Positions 40,022 to 64,000 of a stretch of 64,000 nucleotides of DNA are shown here, piece after piece. Position 1 is the first letter of the stretch. Each line of letters begins with the position of its first letter. Origin of the DNA: Eledone cirrhosa (Eukaryota); assembly GCA_964016885.1 (NCBI GenBank), contig OZ024741.1, forward strand, positions 322,090,001 through 322,154,000, read 5' to 3'. The position numbers were made by a program, and so were the translations under genes. Under the pieces are notes generated by a model that did not search any database, was not told where the DNA came from, and saw only the letters and a program-made list of their open reading frames with translations.

Positions 40022-40128
40022 AAGTTATGATATATTGGTAAACGGAAAAGAAAATGCTGACAAATTGTTAACAGGGAAAAATAGTTTAATTAGGAATAAG
40101 TGAGAATTAGTAATAGTATTGGTTAGTA

Positions 40129-47660
<7,532 letters not shown>

Positions 47661-47773
47661 TGAGCAAGGCATGGTCAGCCGACCAGACACTGCCCACAAC
47701 AGGACCAACCCCGTCCTAACCCCATGCTAGCGTGGAAGAACGGACGTAAAACGGTGATGATGATGATGATGAT
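47661..47773 (+). mobile_element. RTE 3' tail (family of 54157-54684)
   Basis: CAAGGCATGGTCAGCCGACCAGACACTGCCCACAACAGGAC...GGAAGAACGGACGTAAAACGGTGATGATG is the reverse complement of ~54157-54250. Confidence 0.8.
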
Positions 47774-47810
47774 AAGTATATATATATATATATAGTATAT
47801 ATATATATAA

Positions 47811-47843
<33 letters not shown>

Positions 47844-47858
47844 TATATATATATATAA

Positions 47859-47892
<34 letters not shown>

Positions 47893-47989
47893 TATATATA
47901 TATATATATATATATATAAGTATATATATATATAAGTATATATATATATAAGTATATATATAAGTATATATATATATATATATATATTT

Positions 47990-48460
47990 ACACCTCACCC
48001 AAGACCAATGTCACTGGACCGAGACCTTTGGCGGTACTCAGTAATAGAGAAGACCCGCCTTACCTAAGTACAAAGTAAAACCTACTACAGTCAGTAGGCA
48101 CCTCTAACAAAATACACCCCGTCCCACTACCCCCACCCCATCCACCCACCCCCTTTCAATGTAAAGTTATGTTGGTACCACAACATCCAGTCCGAAACAA
48201 ATGAGGTCGTATAGGTGTCACAGCAAAAAAACACACAGTCCACGCTGTAATGTGGCCGTGTAGGCAACACGGTAAAAACCTCCCAGCCCCACACTGTAAA
48301 TGTGGTTGGTGTTAGGAAGGGCATCCAGCTGTAGAAAGCCCGCCAGATAGTCCTATGCGAGCAAGACAACCACTCTTGCCTCAAGTGGAAAACCCTCCGT
48401 CCAAACCCATGCAAGCGTGGAACCCGGACGTTAAACGATGATGATGATGATGATGATGAT
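47990..48460 (+). mobile_element. RTE 3' end (family of 3903-4977 and 12063-12610)
   Basis: Encodes ..[19 protein letters not shown], followed by the same 3'UTR and a (GAT)n tail. Confidence 0.85.
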
Positions 48461-48466
48461 ATATAA

Positions 48467-48499
<33 letters not shown>

Positions 48500-48528
48500 T
48501 ATAAGTATATATATATATAAGTATAAGT

Positions 48529-49166
48529 ATTACTAATTATATATAATTGTTCCTTCTCTCTTCATAATGTATTTTTAACTCTGATACTGGTTCAGTCTGG
48601 TTCAACCGGATTGGTCTGTCCCAGTCATTCATTGAGCAACATCGGTGAGGTTGGCACCCTTAACTCACGGTTGGGTGTGGATGCATTCATGTATATGTGT
48701 GTGTCCGCATGTATCTGTGTGTTTCTAAATATATTGTTAATAACTCCCTCTGGTCGAGTAATCTTTGAAGTGTGGTGACCGCTGGAAAGCTGCCATTACT
48801 CATACTTCTCACCTCCGTCACCACCACTTCTACGGCTTCGATATAAATACCCCCTCCACCTGCGTGGTATTTTTCTTCGGGGTTATAAGAGGCTTAGCTC
48901 TGTTTCTCGACCGTTATATCGTGTGACTATCTCCCCCTCCGCCCTTTTGGGATTCTTTCTCACGTCGTGTAGACGCGTTCTTGAGGCTAGTAAAATGAGG
49001 TATCCTCTTGATAAGTCGGCAGACCTCGCAAGGACTCTATATCTTTATGATGTATTGTTTTTGTTTATGCCACGAAACTACGTAGTCGAGGAATCTAGGA
49101 GCAGTTTAGGTATGATACATTTTATTACTAATTATATCTAAATGTTCCTTCTCTCTTCATAATGTA
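48529..49166 (+). mobile_element. 595-bp non-coding unit with a 43-bp terminal direct repeat and HHR (pLTR or retrozyme-like monomer)
   Basis: ATTACTAATTATAT.TAA.TGTTCCTTCTCTCTTCATAATGTA at 48529-48571 and 49124-49166 (2 mismatches). Confidence 0.7.
49003..49092 (+). ncRNA. Type I hammerhead ribozyme, U3:A8 core variant (UUGAUAA)
   Basis: TCCTC-TTGATAA-GT(C)GGCA...TGCCAC-GAAAC TACGTA GTC-GAGGA. Helix III is the 10-nt palindrome ACTACGTAGT, with a GUC triplet. Confidence 0.82.
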
Positions 49167-54156
<4,990 letters not shown>

Positions 54157-54684
54157 TCATCATCACCGTTTTACGTCCGTTCTTCCACGCTAGTATGGGT
54201 TAGACGGGTTGTCCTGTTGTGGGCAGTGTCTGGTCGGCTGACCATGCCTTGATCATACAGGAACTGATTTGACTTGATTTCTACAGCTGGATGCCATTCC
54301 TAACACCAACCTTATTTACAGTGAGTGCTGGATGCTTTTTCGTGGCGCCTACACGTCCACTTTACAGTGTGGGCTGGGTGCTTTTTTGCCGTGGCACCTC
54401 CACGACCACCTTGCGGTGGGGAGTGTGGGGGCATATTTTCTATATGCTTCAGCTTGTACCCATGGGAGGTCGGGTACTCTGTATTACTGCGTGACGCCAG
54501 AGGTCACGGTCGTGTGTCATCGCCTTTGAGAGGTGTAATTGGGTAAGGTCGGCTCTTATCACCTCATCCCAGGTCATCTTGGGTCTCCCCACTCCACGGT
54601 TTCCATCGACTTCTAGTGCTCTGCACCTTTTTATGCAGCTGTCATCCTTCATACGCATCACATGTCCATACCAGCGCAACCGCC
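54157..54684 (-). mobile_element. RTE LINE 3' end cut by the assembly gap
   Basis: [46 protein letters not shown].., followed by a 3'UTR and (GAT)n tail. Confidence 0.88.
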
Positions 54685-54884
54685 NNNNNNNNNNNNNNNN
54701 NNNNNNNNNNNNNNNNNNNNNNNNNNNNNNNNNNNNNNNNNNNNNNNNNNNNNNNNNNNNNNNNNNNNNNNNNNNNNNNNNNNNNNNNNNNNNNNNNNNN
54801 NNNNNNNNNNNNNNNNNNNNNNNNNNNNNNNNNNNNNNNNNNNNNNNNNNNNNNNNNNNNNNNNNNNNNNNNNNNNNNNNNNNN
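54685..54884. other. Assembly gap (200 N)
   Basis: Run of N. Adjacency across it is not guaranteed. Confidence 1.
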
Positions 54885-55289
54885 AGTCGTAGACTAATGT
54901 TCTCTTAGGTGGTTCATATAGATGTTCTCTGGCAATGAACGGAAAAAACGAAGATAATACGTCATATGTGGAGCGTGGAGAACAATTGCACGCAAAGACA
55001 AAACCACGTAAATGGTATAGCTGAAGTCGTAGACTAAAATTCTAACTAGGAAACCGAATGAATCTCCGCTTCAGAGTTAAGAATAAGTAAATAAAATACA
55101 ATACAGAGGAAATAGAAATTAAATAAATACATACACGATGTTATTTGTTTTTGAAATGCGCATAATAAAATTCTTGGAACTCTTTTAACCATCTTTTGAT
55201 CTTATATTATTTATACTCCAGTCCTACAAACTGTAGAGTGCTACATATCCGATATTTGCATTGCTTTATTGTGCTACAATAAAACTCAC

Positions 55290-55322
<33 letters not shown>

Positions 55323-55690
55323 AATATATACATATATAAATATATACATATATAAATATATACATATACATATAAATATATACGTATGAATAAATATATA
55401 TACATATAAATAAATATATATACATATAAAAAAAAATATATATATACATATAAATAAATATATATAAATATATACACATAAATAAATAAATATATATATA
55501 TATACACACATAAACACACACACACACACACATACATGCAAATATATATCCAGTCGAAGGCCTTCTAATTCCTGATGGAGGAACCCCTCCCTGGTTGACC
55601 TTCACTATTTTCTGTTTGGCTTTGGTTATGTCAGGGGGTGTAGCTGTACTCACCATGCTTGGCCAATTGCAGGTTGGTGAGACTATTTAA

Positions 55691-55733
<43 letters not shown>

Positions 55734-56076
55734 CAGATAATTATGGTGCTGAGCTTTGGAGGTTACGCTATAATGCTGTAAGGATAAACCGGTTTAAGAA
55801 ATCCCAAAACACATCACATCAATAGTGTATACCCAGCTAAATGTTGGTGACTAGGTGTGACCGAGTTTCCATTTATGCAATACTTATCAGTATTTTGAAA
55901 ATTCACCTGGTAGCTATATTATTTTATGTATTTAAAACCAAATTTCACAATTGTCAATTGATTATTGATGATAGCAGTTTCAAGACAAGAATGAATTACT
56001 AATCAGACAATGAAACATATGTTAATGCTTGGAATAAACCCTATTATATTGCTTATCTGTGTTAATGCTCTTTTTC

Positions 56077-56170
56077 ATCATCATCATCATCATTCTATGT
56101 CCGCTTTTCCTTACTTGCAAGGGTCGCACGGGTCCTCTTCAGTACAACATGTCTCCATTCGTCATCTCTC
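56077..56170 (-). mobile_element. Short RTE 3' tail
   Basis: Reverse complement ..GACCCGTGCGACCCTTGCAAGTAAGGAAAAGCGGACATAGAATGATGATG resembles 22037-22140. Confidence 0.65.
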
Positions 56171-56185
56171 TCTCTATGTGTGTGT

Positions 56186-57115
56186 ATGTATATATATATA
56201 TATATATATATATAGATATATAGATATATATATATAGATATATATATATATATATATATATAGATATATATATATATATATATAGATATATATATATATA
56301 TATAGATATATATATAGATATATATATATATATATATAGATATATATATATATAGATATATATATATATATATAGATATATATATAGATAGATATATATA
56401 TATATATATAGATATATATATAGATAGATATATATATATATATATAGATATATATATATATAGATATATATATAGATATATATATATATAGATATATATA
56501 TATATAGATATATATATATATAGATATATATATATATAGATATATATATATATAGATATATATATATATAGATATATATATATATAGATATATATATATA
56601 GATATATATATATATAGATATATATATATATAGATATATATATATAGATATATATATATAGATATATATATATATATATATAGATATATATATATATAGA
56701 TATATATATATATAGATATATAGATATATATATATATAGATATATATATATATAGATATATATATATATATATATATAGATATATATATATATATATATA
56801 GATATATATATATATAGATATAGATATATATATATATAGATATATATATATATATAGATATATATATATATATATATATATAGATATATATATATATAGA
56901 TATATATATATATAGATATATATATATATAGATATATATATATATAGATATAGATATATATATAGATATAGATATATATATATATATATATATATAGATA
57001 TAGATATATATATAGATATAGATATATATATATATATAGATATAGATATATATATAGATATAGATATATATATAGATATATATATATATATATATATAGA
57101 TATAGATATATATAT

Positions 57116-57150
<35 letters not shown>

Positions 57151-57159
57151 TATATAGAT

Positions 57160-57194
<35 letters not shown>

Positions 57195-57207
57195 TAGATA
57201 TATAGAT

Positions 57208-57242
<35 letters not shown>

Positions 57243-57947
57243 TAGATATATATATATATATATATATATATAGATATATAGATATATATATATATAGATA
57301 TATATATATAGATATATAGATATATATATATAGATATATATATATATAGATATATATATATAGATATATAGATATATATATATAGATATATATATATATA
57401 GATATATATATATAGATATATATATAGATATATATATATAGATATATATATATAGATATATATATATAGATATATATATAGATATATATATAGATATATA
57501 TATATAGATATATATATATATATAGATATATATATATATAGATATATATATATATAGATATATATATATAGATATATATATATATAGATATATATATATA
57601 TAGATATATAGATATATAGATATATATATATAGATATATATATATAGATATATATATATAGATATATATATATAGATATATATATATAGATATATATATA
57701 CAGATATATATATACAGATATATATATATAGATATATATATATAGATATATATATATAGATATATATATATAGATATATATATATAGATATATATATATA
57801 GATAGATATATATATATAGATATATATATATAGATATATATATATAGATATATATATATAGATATATATATAGATATATATATATAGATATATATATATA
57901 GATATATATATATAGATATATATATATAGATATATATATATAGATAG

Positions 57948-58044
<97 letters not shown>
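56186..58044. repeat. Compound [(TA)n-GA]m array grading into pure (GATA)n (57948-58044)
   Basis: Read directly. Confidence 0.95.
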
Positions 58045-58308
58045 TATTTCTTTTATTTGCCACTAGGGCATCAAAAGTGGGACAAGTACAAAGGGGGGAG
58101 TTTACACAAAAAGGCGTCCTCAATAAGGAGGAGGCAATAACAAAATATAAAAATAAAATAAGATATAACAAAAAATAAAATTTTTAACAAAATCCTCAAT
58201 AGAGAGGAGGCGCCTTGGCGTGTCGCACACACCCCCGAAAAAAGTGTGCAACCCTACTCCTCAGGAGCACAGAGAAGGGGTGCTCCCTTGGTCTTTCATC
58301 TTCCTCAC

Positions 58309-61300
58309 CTATAGTCTGATGTAGAGTGAAGGCCCATTCACACGGGCCATTCTCGCCACTTTCACCCATCTTTCATAGAAACGGCTGGGGTGCAGCACCT
58401 CTCTCTCCATCCTGATCCTTCTTCCGAAATGATATCGGAAGAAACGGACCAGTTGTTGGCCAGAGAGAAAGGTGCCCGACCTCAGTCCTTTCAGACGCGT
58501 CCACCATACAACCTCTTTCGCCATGGCTATTACGCACAGAAACACCGCCTCTGCTTCATCTTTGAAGGGGGGAGGCGGCTTGATCATTACAATAGACTCG
58601 GTGGTCAACCGGATCGGTCCCACCCTTGACAGCAGTTGTTCGACATAGCCCCACAGATCGGCTACGCCCGAGCAGTGTACCAATGCGTGTGCAACGGTTT
58701 CCTCGTCGCACACGCATCTGGGACAGATCTTTTTGGCGGGGTCCCTACCCGGGCGCCCGTGTCTGTAGAGCCTTTCTCGAACGGGTAAAGCCCCTCGGTA
58801 GCACTGCCAGGCCAGGGACTTCTGGAAGTTGTCCATAGGTCCCGGGCTGAATGTCCTACCGAACAGGCTGGCCAGTTCGTCCTCCTCCATGTCTAGGGCT
58901 TCTCCGAGGGCGTCGTCGCACCTGCTGCGTACCAGCCCTCTATAGAATGTTGCGGTGGAGTCTCCACTGATAACCGGATCCGCCTGCCAGAGGGCGGTGA
59001 GCGCCTGGGCACACTCAGTGTGCCAGGCGCCCAGTTTTCTCGGTCTTTGCTTGACCCAGGATTGCAGCTCGGTGAGTGAGACGAGTCTGGGAAAGGTTCG
59101 TCTCACAAACGAGGCCCACACCGGTTGTCCGGTGAGGAATACGTAGAGGTGCCGTAGCCTTAATGCGTGTTTACGCATCATTAGCCATGGCATCCCCAGC
59201 CCTCCTTTCGAAGGGTGTTGACAGCAGATGGATCTCCTCACCATAGGAGCCCGCCTCTTCCAAAGGAATTGGAAGAGCGCGCGCTCCATCTTGGTGAGGG
59301 TTTCCCTTGGGCAGGGCACTACGGTCAGGCGGTAGTAGATGACGGACGCTATGTAGGTGTTCGCCACCTCTGCCCGACCTTTCAGGGATAGTTTGCAACT
59401 GGCCCACTTCTGGGTCAGTGCAAACACCCTGTTCGTAACCTCCGCCCAGTTTTTCTCCACCTGGAGGTCCGGTCCGAACCAGACCCCGAGCAACTTCACC
59501 GGGCCCTCCGTCCAGCGTCCGACGACGCCATCGGAGGGCATCGGTCTGCCCCTCCACGTGCCGAGTTGCAAACCGATCGACTTGTCCCGGTTCAGCTTAG
59601 CCCCTGTGAACTTTTCGTACTCCTCCAGTAAGGTGCCGACCGCCTCGATTTCGGAGGCCGTCGACACCATTACTGTCACGTCATCGGCGTAGGCCGACAC
59701 CGCTTTCCGCAATCCCGGTTCCAAAGGGATGCCCTGCAACAACTCCAACTTCCGCAGTAGTGGCTCGAGAGTCAACACATACAGAAGGGAGGAGAGAGGG
59801 CACCCTTGTCGGATGGACCGCGCGATTTTGAACGGCTCCGAGAGGTAGCCGTTCACCTTGACCCTAGAGCAGATGCGGCTGCTGTGCATAGCAGTGATCC
59901 AGCCCCTGAAAACGGGTCCGAAGCCTGCCGCCGCTAGCACCGCATCCAGGTAACCATGGTCGACCCTATCGAACGCCTTAGATTGATCCAAGTTGATCAG
60001 AGCCCCACCAAAGCCGGGTTCGTTCCCAACCCTCTCTATGATGTATCGCATGAGGTGGAGGTTGTCATGGATGGACCTGGACGGGATAGCGCATGTCTGC
60101 GCATCTCCCACCAGGTTGCCCACGACAAGCGCCAACCTCTTTGCTAGCACCTTGGCCAAAATCTGTAACTCTGTATTTAGCAGTGTTATGGGCCTGAAGT
60201 TACTTATTTCGTCCCCCTTGTTCTCGTCCTTCCTCACTAGCGTGACTACGCCCTTGGTCACAGTACAGGGAATTCTCCCGTTCTGTTGCCAGTTGCAGTA
60301 GACCGCCTCGAGGAGATCGGGGAACAAGTCCGGCATAGCTAGATATAATTCGTAAGGAAGACCATCGAGACCCGGGGATTTGCGTTTGCCGCATTGGCTC
60401 AGCACGTCCTCTATCTCAGCGGCCGAAATCGGCTCCTCGCAGGACTTCGCCTCCCTGTCCGAGAGGCGCGGCAGGCCGTCGAGGTATGGACCGAAGTCCA
60501 CGTTCCTAACCGGCTCCCCGCCCCCCCCGAACAGTCGGGCAAAGTGCCTTTGAAAGGCCTCACACATCTGCTTAGGCTCAAGAATCGCCCGTCCATCCAG
60601 GTCTCGCAAAGACCGGATGGTGGATTTAGTTCCACTGTTGGCCTCTGTCACGCGGGCCCAGCTAACAGCTTTGGTCCCCTCGTTCCCTAGAGCACGTATT
60701 TTACTTCGGACAACGCAGCCTTCGTGCTTCGCGTCGAAAAACTGGCTCAAAGCCGTTCTCGACGCTAGCACTCTGGCCACGTCGCCGCTTCTAATTGCCT
60801 CTTCTACTCTATCTATTAGCTCCCTTTCCTTCCTATTCCTATCCGCAGCTAGAACCTTACTAAATTCTATCGAGACTACTCTAATCTCTCTCTTTAGAGA
60901 TACCCACCACCTGCTGTTGACGATCGCTCCAGTCAACCGTTCCTTAACTAACGTACTAATCCGATTCCTGTAGGCTCTACTTGCCGGCAAGGACAAGTTG
61001 AGCTTCCAGTAACCGGGGCCCTGTCTATGAGTTCTGTCAAGGTTGACCATGCAGGTCACTAATTTGTGGTCTGAATAGCCAACAATGCGCATTTTTGGAC
61101 AACTTAAAAAGTCCTTATCCTTAATTCTAACTAAGAACCTATCTAGGTACGACCTAGATGATCCGCTACGATTTGCCCAAGTCCAGGTTGGCGCAGTCGG
61201 AAAATCTAGTCGATATCTATCGGCCAGGTCAAATCGACCGATTAACCCTTTGAGGCTATTACACCCCTCTCTATCGGGGCAGGCCCCTACGTAGTCCCAG

Positions 61301-61746
61301 CGTGCATCTAGGATACCATTCCAGTCCCCCACTAATAGCAAGGAGCGGGACGTCCCTAGAAAAGTCTCCAGACGATGGAAGAAGTCCGGCCGCATTGACC
61401 CGAAAGGGCCGTAGGCGGCTACCAACCTAAACGCTCCGCCTTTACCACTGCCAAGGTCCAGAACCACTAGTCGACCCTCCGGGTCCAAATGTACCATCTG
61501 TGTTGCGAGACCCAGATGTTTTTGCAGCAGAACGACAACTCCACCCCCACCTCCGGGCTGACAGAGAGATGCGTGCATCTCAAAGTCATCAAAGGTGGGG
61601 GCCAGCTGTCGCACGTTGCTGATCCGGGCCTCGCAAATAACCATCACATCTATACGTTGTGACCTGAGGTCATTTAGAAGCATTGCTTGCTTCCAAGTTG
61701 AGCCCAGGCCACGCGCATTTAAACAGCCTACTCTTAGCATAGCCAT
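58309..61746 (-). CDS. Tx1-like ORF2: AP endonuclease, RT and C-terminal CCHC (zf-RVT-like) finger, ~1145 aa
   Basis: LNARG, ICEAR, AYGP, GDWN, YLDRF, SDHK, GPGYWKLN, KSPGLDGL, NFRPITLLN, LDQSKAFDRV, RQGCPLS, AYADD and CPRC..ETVAHALVHC. ATG at 61746 in ACCAACATGG context. Confidence 0.92.
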   Translation of the reverse strand: MAMLRVGCLNARGLGSTWKQAMLLNDLRSQRIDVMVICEARISNVRQLAPTFDDFEMHASLCQPGGGGGVVVLLQKHLGLATQMVHLDPEGRLVVLDLGSGKGGAFRLVAAYGPFGSMRPDFFHRLETFLGTSRSLLLVGDWNGILDARWDYVGACPDREGCNSLKGLIGRFDLADRYRLDFPTAPTWTWANRSGSSRSYLDRFLVRIKDKDFLSCPKMRIVGYSDHKLVTCMVNLDRTHRQGPGYWKLNLSLPASRAYRNRISTLVKERLTGAIVNSRWWVSLKREIRVVSIEFSKVLAADRNRKERELIDRVEEAIRSGDVARVLASRTALSQFFDAKHEGCVVRSKIRALGNEGTKAVSWARVTEANSGTKSTIRSLRDLDGRAILEPKQMCEAFQRHFARLFGGGGEPVRNVDFGPYLDGLPRLSDREAKSCEEPISAAEIEDVLSQCGKRKSPGLDGLPYELYLAMPDLFPDLLEAVYCNWQQNGRIPCTVTKGVVTLVRKDENKGDEISNFRPITLLNTELQILAKVLAKRLALVVGNLVGDAQTCAIPSRSIHDNLHLMRYIIERVGNEPGFGGALINLDQSKAFDRVDHGYLDAVLAAAGFGPVFRGWITAMHSSRICSRVKVNGYLSEPFKIARSIRQGCPLSSLLYVLTLEPLLRKLELLQGIPLEPGLRKAVSAYADDVTVMVSTASEIEAVGTLLEEYEKFTGAKLNRDKSIGLQLGTWRGRPMPSDGVVGRWTEGPVKLLGVWFGPDLQVEKNWAEVTNRVFALTQKWASCKLSLKGRAEVANTYIASVIYYRLTVVPCPRETLTKMERALFQFLWKRRAPMVRRSICCQHPSKGGLGMPWLMMRKHALRLRHLYVFLTGQPVWASFVRRTFPRLVSLTELQSWVKQRPRKLGAWHTECAQALTALWQADPVISGDSTATFYRGLVRSRCDDALGEALDMEEDELASLFGRTFSPGPMDNFQKSLAWQCYRGALPVRERLYRHGRPGRDPAKKICPRCVCDEETVAHALVHCSGVADLWGYVEQLLSRVGPIRLTTESIVMIKPPPPFKDEAEAVFLCVIAMAKEVVWWTRLKGLRSGTFLSGQQLVRFFRYHFGRRIRMEREVLHPSRFYERWVKVARMARVNGPSLYIRL

Positions 61747-61770
61747 GTTGGTGGTGAAGAGAAAAGGCAC

Positions 61771-63558
61771 TTACCTCTCTGCGTCCCGGGTATCGGGCTG
61801 CACAATTTCCATTAGGGTGGGGGATGGGTTGTTGGGTGGGGTGGTGGTTTGTGAAAGTGTGGGGGCATCAGTGTGTTGTGTGGTTGGGGAGCTTGGAGTT
61901 GTGAGGGTGTTTGGGGAGGGGGTGGGATAGTTTTTTAGGAGGACGCGGTTAATGGGCCCGACGCAGGGGGGACCCACGTCCTCTTTAAAATTGTTTTTTA
62001 AAGTTTTATAGGTGTCCTGTGGGGCCTTAATCATTTTGAGGTGGGGGAAATCCCCTGCCTGGGTGAAGTTAGGCCCTTGTGTTTTTATTAGATTGTTGTT
62101 GTACACAATGTTTAACAGTTTTTTGTTTCTTGTATTTATGTATGTGTATGCATGTTTTTGTTTTTGTGTGGTGTTTTTTGTTTGCTGTTGTGAGCTCTTT
62201 TGTGTTGGTGTCAGTGTTATGTTTTGGGGAGGGGTTTTTTTCATTTGTGTGTCTGAGGTGTGTTTTCTTTTTTTTCTTTTGATTGTGTGGAAGTGCTCCT
62301 CCTCGTCTGACGACGAACTAGGGTCATCTTCCGCGTTGGAGGGGAGGGGTATATTTTCGGGTTGTGTTTGCGGTACGGGTGTTTTGGAAATTGTTTTTGT
62401 TTTTTGAGTGGAGGGGATGGGTTGGACATTGTTTTGTTTTGGTTTGAGCTGTGGTGGTTGTTTTTGTAGTGGTAGTTGTGGTGATTGTGTTGGTTGTGCA
62501 GTTGTTGGTGGTGTAAGCAGGATTGGGGTTTTCTTATTAAGTTGGGGACAGACAGCCCTCAGGTGACCTCTGGTTCCGCAGAGGTAACACGAGGGCCGTC
62601 TACCCTCAACGGTAATGTTGATGAAGGTTAGATCATCCAGTATGACGCGTTCAGGGATCTGGGCGATCCTTTCGGGCCTCATTTGAACTACAAGTTCGAG
62701 GCTCGTTCCACTGAACGCGTCACCCGATGCCTTTCCCATGGACACCAGCATGTCATCCTCCAGGTCCAGAAAACCTGTCAAAACCCACCATATGTCCATA
62801 ATCGGCAGGATGGTGTGGATTTTTATTTTTTGTGTTCTTCTACCCATGTACGTAGGGTAGAAGGTGTATGCGGTGGATGTGATTGGTTTGATGGACAGTT
62901 TCACTGCTGTGTCCCTGTCCTTCATGAGAATGGATAGACTCCCGTAGAGTCTATCCTTCTGAATGAAGGTGATGTCCTTCATGACGTCTTTTAAAACCAG
63001 CTCTATCTCGCTCTGTGGTGGTTGAGCTGGTTTTTTACTTTTGTTCGAGATTGTCCTAAACATGACCGTGTTTAGGAGTCTCTGGCTTTTTAGTTCCGGG
63101 GGGGAATGGATTGTGAATGAACCATTTTCCCCGTACACTATATATTTTTTCGCATCCGCCAGTAGCTCCTTCGCTTTTGTTATATCTACTGGCAGATAGT
63201 CGAGGGTTTTCCTTGTCGTCTCGGCGAAGGAGAAATTTCGTTTGTTTGTGTTGTTGTTGTCGTTGGTGGTGTTGTTGTTATCATTGTTGTTGTTGTCACC
63301 GTTATTGGTCTTGTTGTTGTTATTGTTATTGTTATTGGTGTTGTTTTCGTCCGTCGCATTGTTGTTGTTGTTGCTGTTGCTGCTGGTTCTTTGGGTTGTT
63401 GCCATGGCAACGTCAAGTTGTCGGTTAACAGGTGGAGAGAATTCTTCCTCTGGCTGACCTATCTTCTTGACCTCTGCTACTGTGACAGTGGCAGGGGGAA
63501 GCTGTAAGTTCATCTTCCCCTTTCCTCCTTCGAATTTTGGTGAAGAAGCTTCGGCCAT
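61771..63558 (-). CDS. Tx1-like ORF1 (gag-like, CCHC zinc knuckle), 595 aa
   Basis: VEGRRPSCYLCGTRGHLRAVCP knuckle after a probable RRM-like region, poly-Asn N-terminal tract and KRKKRK basic patch. Confidence 0.88.
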   Translation of the reverse strand: MAEASSPKFEGGKGKMNLQLPPATVTVAEVKKIGQPEEEFSPPVNRQLDVAMATTQRTSSNSNNNNNATDENNTNNNNNNNNKTNNGDNNNNDNNNTTNDNNNTNKRNFSFAETTRKTLDYLPVDITKAKELLADAKKYIVYGENGSFTIHSPPELKSQRLLNTVMFRTISNKSKKPAQPPQSEIELVLKDVMKDITFIQKDRLYGSLSILMKDRDTAVKLSIKPITSTAYTFYPTYMGRRTQKIKIHTILPIMDIWWVLTGFLDLEDDMLVSMGKASGDAFSGTSLELVVQMRPERIAQIPERVILDDLTFINITVEGRRPSCYLCGTRGHLRAVCPQLNKKTPILLTPPTTAQPTQSPQLPLQKQPPQLKPKQNNVQPIPSTQKTKTISKTPVPQTQPENIPLPSNAEDDPSSSSDEEEHFHTIKRKKRKHTSDTQMKKTPPQNITLTPTQKSSQQQTKNTTQKQKHAYTYINTRNKKLLNIVYNNNLIKTQGPNFTQAGDFPHLKMIKAPQDTYKTLKNNFKEDVGPPCVGPINRVLLKNYPTPSPNTLTTPSSPTTQHTDAPTLSQTTTPPNNPSPTLMEIVQPDTRDAER

Positions 63559-63769
63559 TTAAAAAAATATTGACTTTTCAACAAGAAAAAACTTTTTTTT
63601 TAACTATTTCGCCTAAAGGCGTAGAATATTTTGAGAGACTGACCAGATCAAAGTTTGACCTGGCAGTCCCTCTACAAAATGGTACAAAAATTAAAGTTAT
63701 CAGACAAGAATTTCTATAGAAATTTAAACAGAACTTACTCAGCAAGTTATACGCGTGTGTCCATCCCAG

Positions 63770-63970
<201 letters not shown>

Positions 63971-64000
63971 ATATATATATCATAGTATAATGTATCTACA

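Larger units (their letters stand above)
34985..40128 (-). mobile_element. Full-length two-ORF Penelope-like element (Neptune-like) with partial-tandem terminal direct repeats
   Basis: A ~95-bp direct repeat ATTGGTAAACGGAAAAG...TTGGTTAGTAT at 34985-35080 and 40034-40128 brackets ORF1 and pol. A degenerate UUGAAAA-core HHR lies at ~35095-35131. Confidence 0.9.
58045..63769 (-). mobile_element. Full-length L1/Tx1-clade LINE flanked on both sides by (GATA)n
   Basis: About 210 bp of 5'UTR, ORF1, ORF2 and a 3'UTR with AATAAA (~58052-58057). It runs directly into (TATC)n with no poly(A). Confidence 0.92.

Noticed and set aside
54885-56070. Unique islands after the gap as exons or structured RNA
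   Set aside because: No recognisable coding motif, complete ribozyme core or termini. Left unassigned.

Overview
Gene-free, AT-rich animal DNA, probably from an octopod cephalopod (inferred from the SINE/RTE repertoire and the extreme (TA)n content). No host gene is supported, and most ORF-track entries are microsatellite artefacts. The window is built from giant compound (TA)n arrays carrying nested insertions. These include a full-length RTE LINE with a PHD-type finger, several RTE fragments and RTE-tailed SINEs, a 5'-truncated CR1-like LINE, a full-length two-ORF L1/Tx1 element embedded in (GATA)n, two Penelope-like elements (PLEs; RT + GIY-YIG) and a mariner MITE. The main discovery is a dense set of type I hammerhead ribozymes (HHRs). 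A near-perfect 310-bp tandem array (16 units plus 2 head-to-head partial units, 18 HHRs) has the hallmarks of a non-LTR retrozyme (candidate circRNA-producing, PLE-mobilised element). At least five other PLE-type terminal repeats carry HHRs, and three unrelated families use a non-canonical compensatory U3:A8 core (UUGAAAA, UUGACAA, UUGAUAA) instead of CUGANGA. All folds were read by eye, and no ribozyme activity is demonstrated.
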